A stretch of DNA of 56,002 nt, counting the filler, from Streblomastix strix (lineage: Eukaryota): assembly GCA_008636045.1 (NCBI GenBank). It is 2 parts of 2 records of this genome, joined end to end, with 100 filler letters (N's around TTAATTAATTAA, not from the genome) between each part and the next. Parts side by side here need not be neighbours in the genome. Positions count along the whole stretch, not along the records: positions 28,066 to 56,002 come from SNRW01000136.1; 1 more part is not named here. One strand, given 5' to 3'. The notes below the pieces were generated by a model. It was not told the DNA's origin. It saw only the letters and a list, made by a program, of their open reading frames with translations, and did not search any database. This document shows positions 51,681 through 56,002 of this stretch, one piece after another; positions within the stretch are counted from its first letter, which is position 1, and the number at the start of each line of letters is the position of its first letter. The translations under genes and the position numbers were made by a program.

Positions 51681-54600
51681 TCAGTGTTGCATTTCATGAT
51701 TTACTATTATTGGAGGAGATGTTCTTGCATTCATCAGCCATTCTTTATCAGAACTCTATAATAATAAACTGAACAATAAATAAACACAAATTTAAAGATT
51801 GAATAATTAAAAATTTATTCTTCATAAGTGTGCAGTTGAATAATGTATTTAAATTATTAATATTTGCTCAAATTAAATCAAATGTGTAAAATATTATATT
51901 TATAGTGAATATTTAAACTTTGTTATTGTGTTACGAAGGATTTATTAAATAAAATATTAAAAGTTTTGTTTGAGTTGGATCAATATATTATTATAATTAT
52001 TATTATAAAAATATTAACTAATAAAATAATATTTTATGAAATTATTAAGATGAATAAACTTGGCTAAATGATAGGTGCTGGAACCGAATTATATGTTTTC
52101 ATTTATTTTCTCGGTCGCATGTTATTTTCCATGTTATTTATTGTATAAAATAGAATACCTTATCAGTTTATAATATCTTTTAATATTAATGAATAATAAT
52201 AACAATTTATGTATATCAAGACAAGCTCATAAATGCGAAAATTGAAAATATCAGATTAATTCAAAAGAAATGAGAGTTGAAGTGTTTTACAATTCTACTT
52301 ATTATTTAATAACATGAAAAAATCAAATATATTTTGTAAAAACAACTGTGATGTATTGCAAACAGCTTTCGAGAACTAACCAGTTTGAAGTGAATACCTA
52401 GAATGTCTCAACCGCTGTTCAAGCAATCTTCTCTCACTTTGGGATGGCAAAGCCGTATGCGTCAATCTCTGCCTTATTAACTTTAATTAAGACAAAGAAT
52501 TTAAAAATGTATATATTTATTCATATGAATCATACTAGAATTCCCTGCTAGATCCCAAAGTCCATTTTTTTACAGAATCCTTTATCTACTCATCAAAATC
52601 GGTTACGGGTGTTTTCAAGAGAGGCAAAATCTACAATAGGAATTCCAAGATTATGTGCTTGTATTTCCAAACGAAGTATGGCACAACGAATTTTAAATAC
52701 TTCTTAACAATCTAAGTTATCTCTCCATTCATCGAGTAAATGTTATCTTTCCCTATATATTCTTAACTCTTCTTTGAAAAAAACGTTAGAGTTTTAGTTT
52801 TTGTTGTTTTGTGGTGAATAAGATGAATTTGGTTGTATTTCATAATTGAGATCTCTAGACTCAGTATTTACAGCTCTTTTCTCTGGTAAAGCATTAGGCT
52901 ATAATATTTTCGAATCAAGAAGCTATTGAACAGTTGGTCGTTTGTCAGCATCCTGAAGAATTTTTAAATATTTTAAAATAATAATTAATTAAAAGAATAA
53001 TTAATAATAAAAAGAACAAATAAATTATTTAAATAAATCAAACCATATTCACCATTGAGAGAAGAATATCTTTTAATTCACCTGAAATTTCATTAGGTAA
53101 CGGCTTCATTTTCCCATTTTTGATATTTTAAATTGTTTCATCTATGTTTCTCCCCTAAAATGGGTGGACACCTGTAATGAGTTCAATAATGATAACTCCA
53201 GCAGCCCAGATGTCACTTTGGAACGTCGCCCTATATATAAGGAATAAAAATGAAAATAATAATAAATTTAAAATTGTAATTATAATTGAAGCAATAATTC
53301 TAATTATTTTTATATTATACTTCTTGTTGATTAGTGCTTCTGGAGAAGAGTAGATTTTTGCATCTGCTAGTTTGTCATAATATCCGCTTACAAGCTTAAG
53401 TGTTAATCCATAGTTGTCTAAAAACATATGAAATGATAAAAATTAAAATAATATTTTAATTGAAAAATTAAGAAAAAGAAATAAATACCTATTTTGATGA
53501 TTCCGTCCTTGTCGACCAGAATGTTTTATGGCTTTAAATCTCGGTGAATAATATTCTAAGAATGAAGAACTTGAATGCCAGAAAGTATTTGCAGCATATA
53601 ATTGGTAATTATCTGGTAGACATGTTGAAAAAAATAATATATTATATATATAAATATTTGAAAACAAATAATAATAAATTATATTAAATGTAATTACACA
53701 TACTGCTTCCCTTTATTATATATTCTATGACTTCATCTTCTCCATCTATTCCCATAAATTTCCATTAGGGCAATATTCTTATAAGATGCAAAGGTCAATA
53801 TCATTTACGAAAACATCTATTAATTTAGCAATATATTTGCCTTGAGATAGCTTCATCTATTTAACTTCTTCATCAGCTATTTTCTTCGATCTTTCCATAA
53901 AATAAGGAATTTTTTTCAATATGAATTTCTGACCAGATTTTTCTTTCAGTTTCACTATTTACAATCTACCAAACCATTAGATTTTATATTCAGCCAATAT
54001 TTCAACTTTATAATATGAAAAAATAAATTAAAATTTAAAGAAAATTAATTTAAATAATTTAATTTCATACAATCTTCCTATCTGTATTTTGCAGGATATT
54101 AGTTTTGGATGTTTTGTGACAATGTAGATATTGATGGTTGAATCTAATTAATTAGATGAGCTGAAGATGAAGATTGTACGATGGAAGAACATGATGATGG
54201 CAGGCTCTAAACGGCAATATTTGGACTTGAATTAAATTTGGCTTATTTATTATCTTCATTTACATCTTCTGGACAGGCGTGAGGAATTCCATATGGCTCA
54301 ACATCCGTTTAAATGTTGTTATCTACAGTCAAATTGTCAAGTGCGTTGAGGACGGCAGGTTCGATGTCCCCATCAGAAACAGGAAAGAACCTTGGATCGT
54401 TTGTCGTTTCCGCGCAGCACGCCATAACTTTGGACAACTCAGTTTGTGTAGTCATAACTAAATTATCAGACTAAATAAATAAAAATATGAAATGAAAATT
54501 TGAAAATCTTAAAATATTATAAAGAAAACAGGGTGCGAATTGTTATAAAGTTCTGGAGAGTGCCGCGCGATAGAGTATAGATATTGCGATATTTTTGTAG

Positions 54601-54900
54601 TAATTATGGATGAAATAAGTATTATTAATTTGATATTAGTGTAAATTATCTGGTTTAAAGACTTATATCAGACGGGATGTGCTTTTTATTATAAAGTATT
54701 TTGACAACACAATTCAAGGCTGCATATGCAATATAAACTGGATATTGTGAATTAAATGGCATTGTGGGCATAATTCTAACACTTTCAAACTGGATGGTTG
54801 GTATGAAACGATCGGGTGAACGAGAAGCAAAAACGAACATTCAAAGGAATAATTAAGGTACCTCGCAACTGAAACGCTTAATATCGGAGATATTTATATA
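51681..54900 (-). CDS. Intron-containing Ser/Thr kinase-domain gene (NEK/CAMK-like, probably degenerate)
   Basis: Spliced core: FILKKI...ADEEVKQM...QEYCPNGNL / IIHRDLKPQNILVD / DNYG...YSSPE / SDIWAAG...GVHPF / DKRPTVQQLL. GT-AG introns at 54006-54070, 53613-53703, 53418-53488, 53231-53320 and 52953-53043. The 5' and 3' ends are uncertain. Confidence 0.75.
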
Positions 54901-55217
54901 AATATTCTGTCAGCTTAAATTTTTATAATTCAATGAATGTAAATAAGAAGAAAATTAAATGATGAATCTCTCAAATAAATTTGATAATAATATTTGCATT
55001 AAATTTCCTCTTTTAACAATTAATAATCCAGTTGGTTGATATATTTTATTACTTATTATTCAAGTATTAATCTATTCTCTGTTCAAATAAAATAAAAATC
55101 AATTCAGTGAATGAAGATAAAGCTTTTGAATTTGTATTTAACAATATATTTTTATATTTAAAATTTTATTTTCTTTATTTCTTTTATCTATTCTCATTCA
55201 TTCTTTAATATTCTTTC

Positions 55218-56002
55218 TCAAATTATAAATTAAATTTTTTAAATTTTTTATCTATGTAAAGTTTTAAAATATTGAATTAATTAAGAGGATTATTAAAGTG
55301 GTAATGATTATGATGATTATTAAGATGAAGAAGAAGAAGTTGATGTTTGAGATGAATTATGATCAATATTCGAATGATGATGTTTTAATCTTCTTCTTTC
55401 TTTTTCTTTTTCCTTCTCTTTATCTTTATTTGAATCTTTATTTGTATCTCTTCCTGAATCAATATGACTACTTCCTCATGAACTTATAGTTCCTGGGGTT
55501 ACTGAATTAGATAGTGTTATAAATGTAGATTAAGAAGATGATGATGTGGAAAATGTCTATTATTGTAATTATTATTGATGTTATTGTAATTGTAATTAAT
55601 TCTATTAGAAGTAGTATATCATATTATTTGTAGTCATAGGAGTAGTTGGAGATGGAGCAGGTAATGGAGATATATAATGACCAGGTGATGTTGCAGGAAT
55701 AGCAGTTAGTAAGAAAGGTTCAAGACTTTGAGGATGAAATACTTATTGTGATTAAAATATCTGATTTTGATTTGAATCTGTTGCAATCAATGGAGATATG
55801 GATTATTAAGTCAGTGGAGAATATTGATTTGGTTTTTGATGGGAAAGTATTGTGTTCTGAGTTGGAGAAGAGATGGGAAGATTTTTAATTTAATAATTGT
55901 GATCTGATTCTGATGATATTTGAGATGCAGATGAAGATGAAGATTAAGTCCATAATTCATGGAAATAATCTTTGATATTCTTTGTTGTTATATGACCCAT
56001 CT
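55218..56002 (-). CDS. 3' part of a Ser/Gln/Pro-rich low-complexity protein (in-frame TGA at 55476)
   Basis: ...YFHELWTQSSSASQ...PLPAPSPTTP...PGTISS*GSSHIDSGRDTNKDSNKDKEKEKEKERRLKHHHSN...; the 5' end is probably outside the window. Confidence 0.65.

Overview
This is AT-rich eukaryotic (protist) nuclear DNA. It only makes sense if TAA/TAG are read as Gln (translation table 6), so the supplied standard-code ORF track breaks every real gene into pieces. That code, short GT-AG introns and DIRS-type retroelements suggest an oxymonad such as Streblomastix (inference). From left to right: (1) 1-~10.9 kb is a decayed endogenous Polinton/Maverick-like virus with an HNH endonuclease, a fibre-like gene plus a start-less paralogous cassette, a double-jelly-roll-type major capsid protein, a protein-primed PolB and an intergenic repeat family. 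(2) ~12.8-18.0 kb is a decayed DIRS-like tyrosine-recombinase retrotransposon. (3) 18.4-28.0 kb is a >3,000-codon DDB1/RSE1/CPSF1-like beta-propeller gene, cut by an artificial contig linker. (4) 28.1-31.4 kb holds a second pPolB fragment, repeats and a DIRS-type terminal hairpin. (5) 32.4-51.3 kb is a single ~6,300-codon intronless frame: pseudokinase, six midasin/RNF213-like AAA+ modules, three VWA domains and a GATase-like domain. (6) The right end has an intron-containing kinase gene and a partial Ser/Gln-rich gene. Most striking, several otherwise intact host frames carry isolated in-frame TGA codons, which raises the possibility of context-dependent UGA decoding. All translations and alignments were done by eye, so boundaries are approximate.
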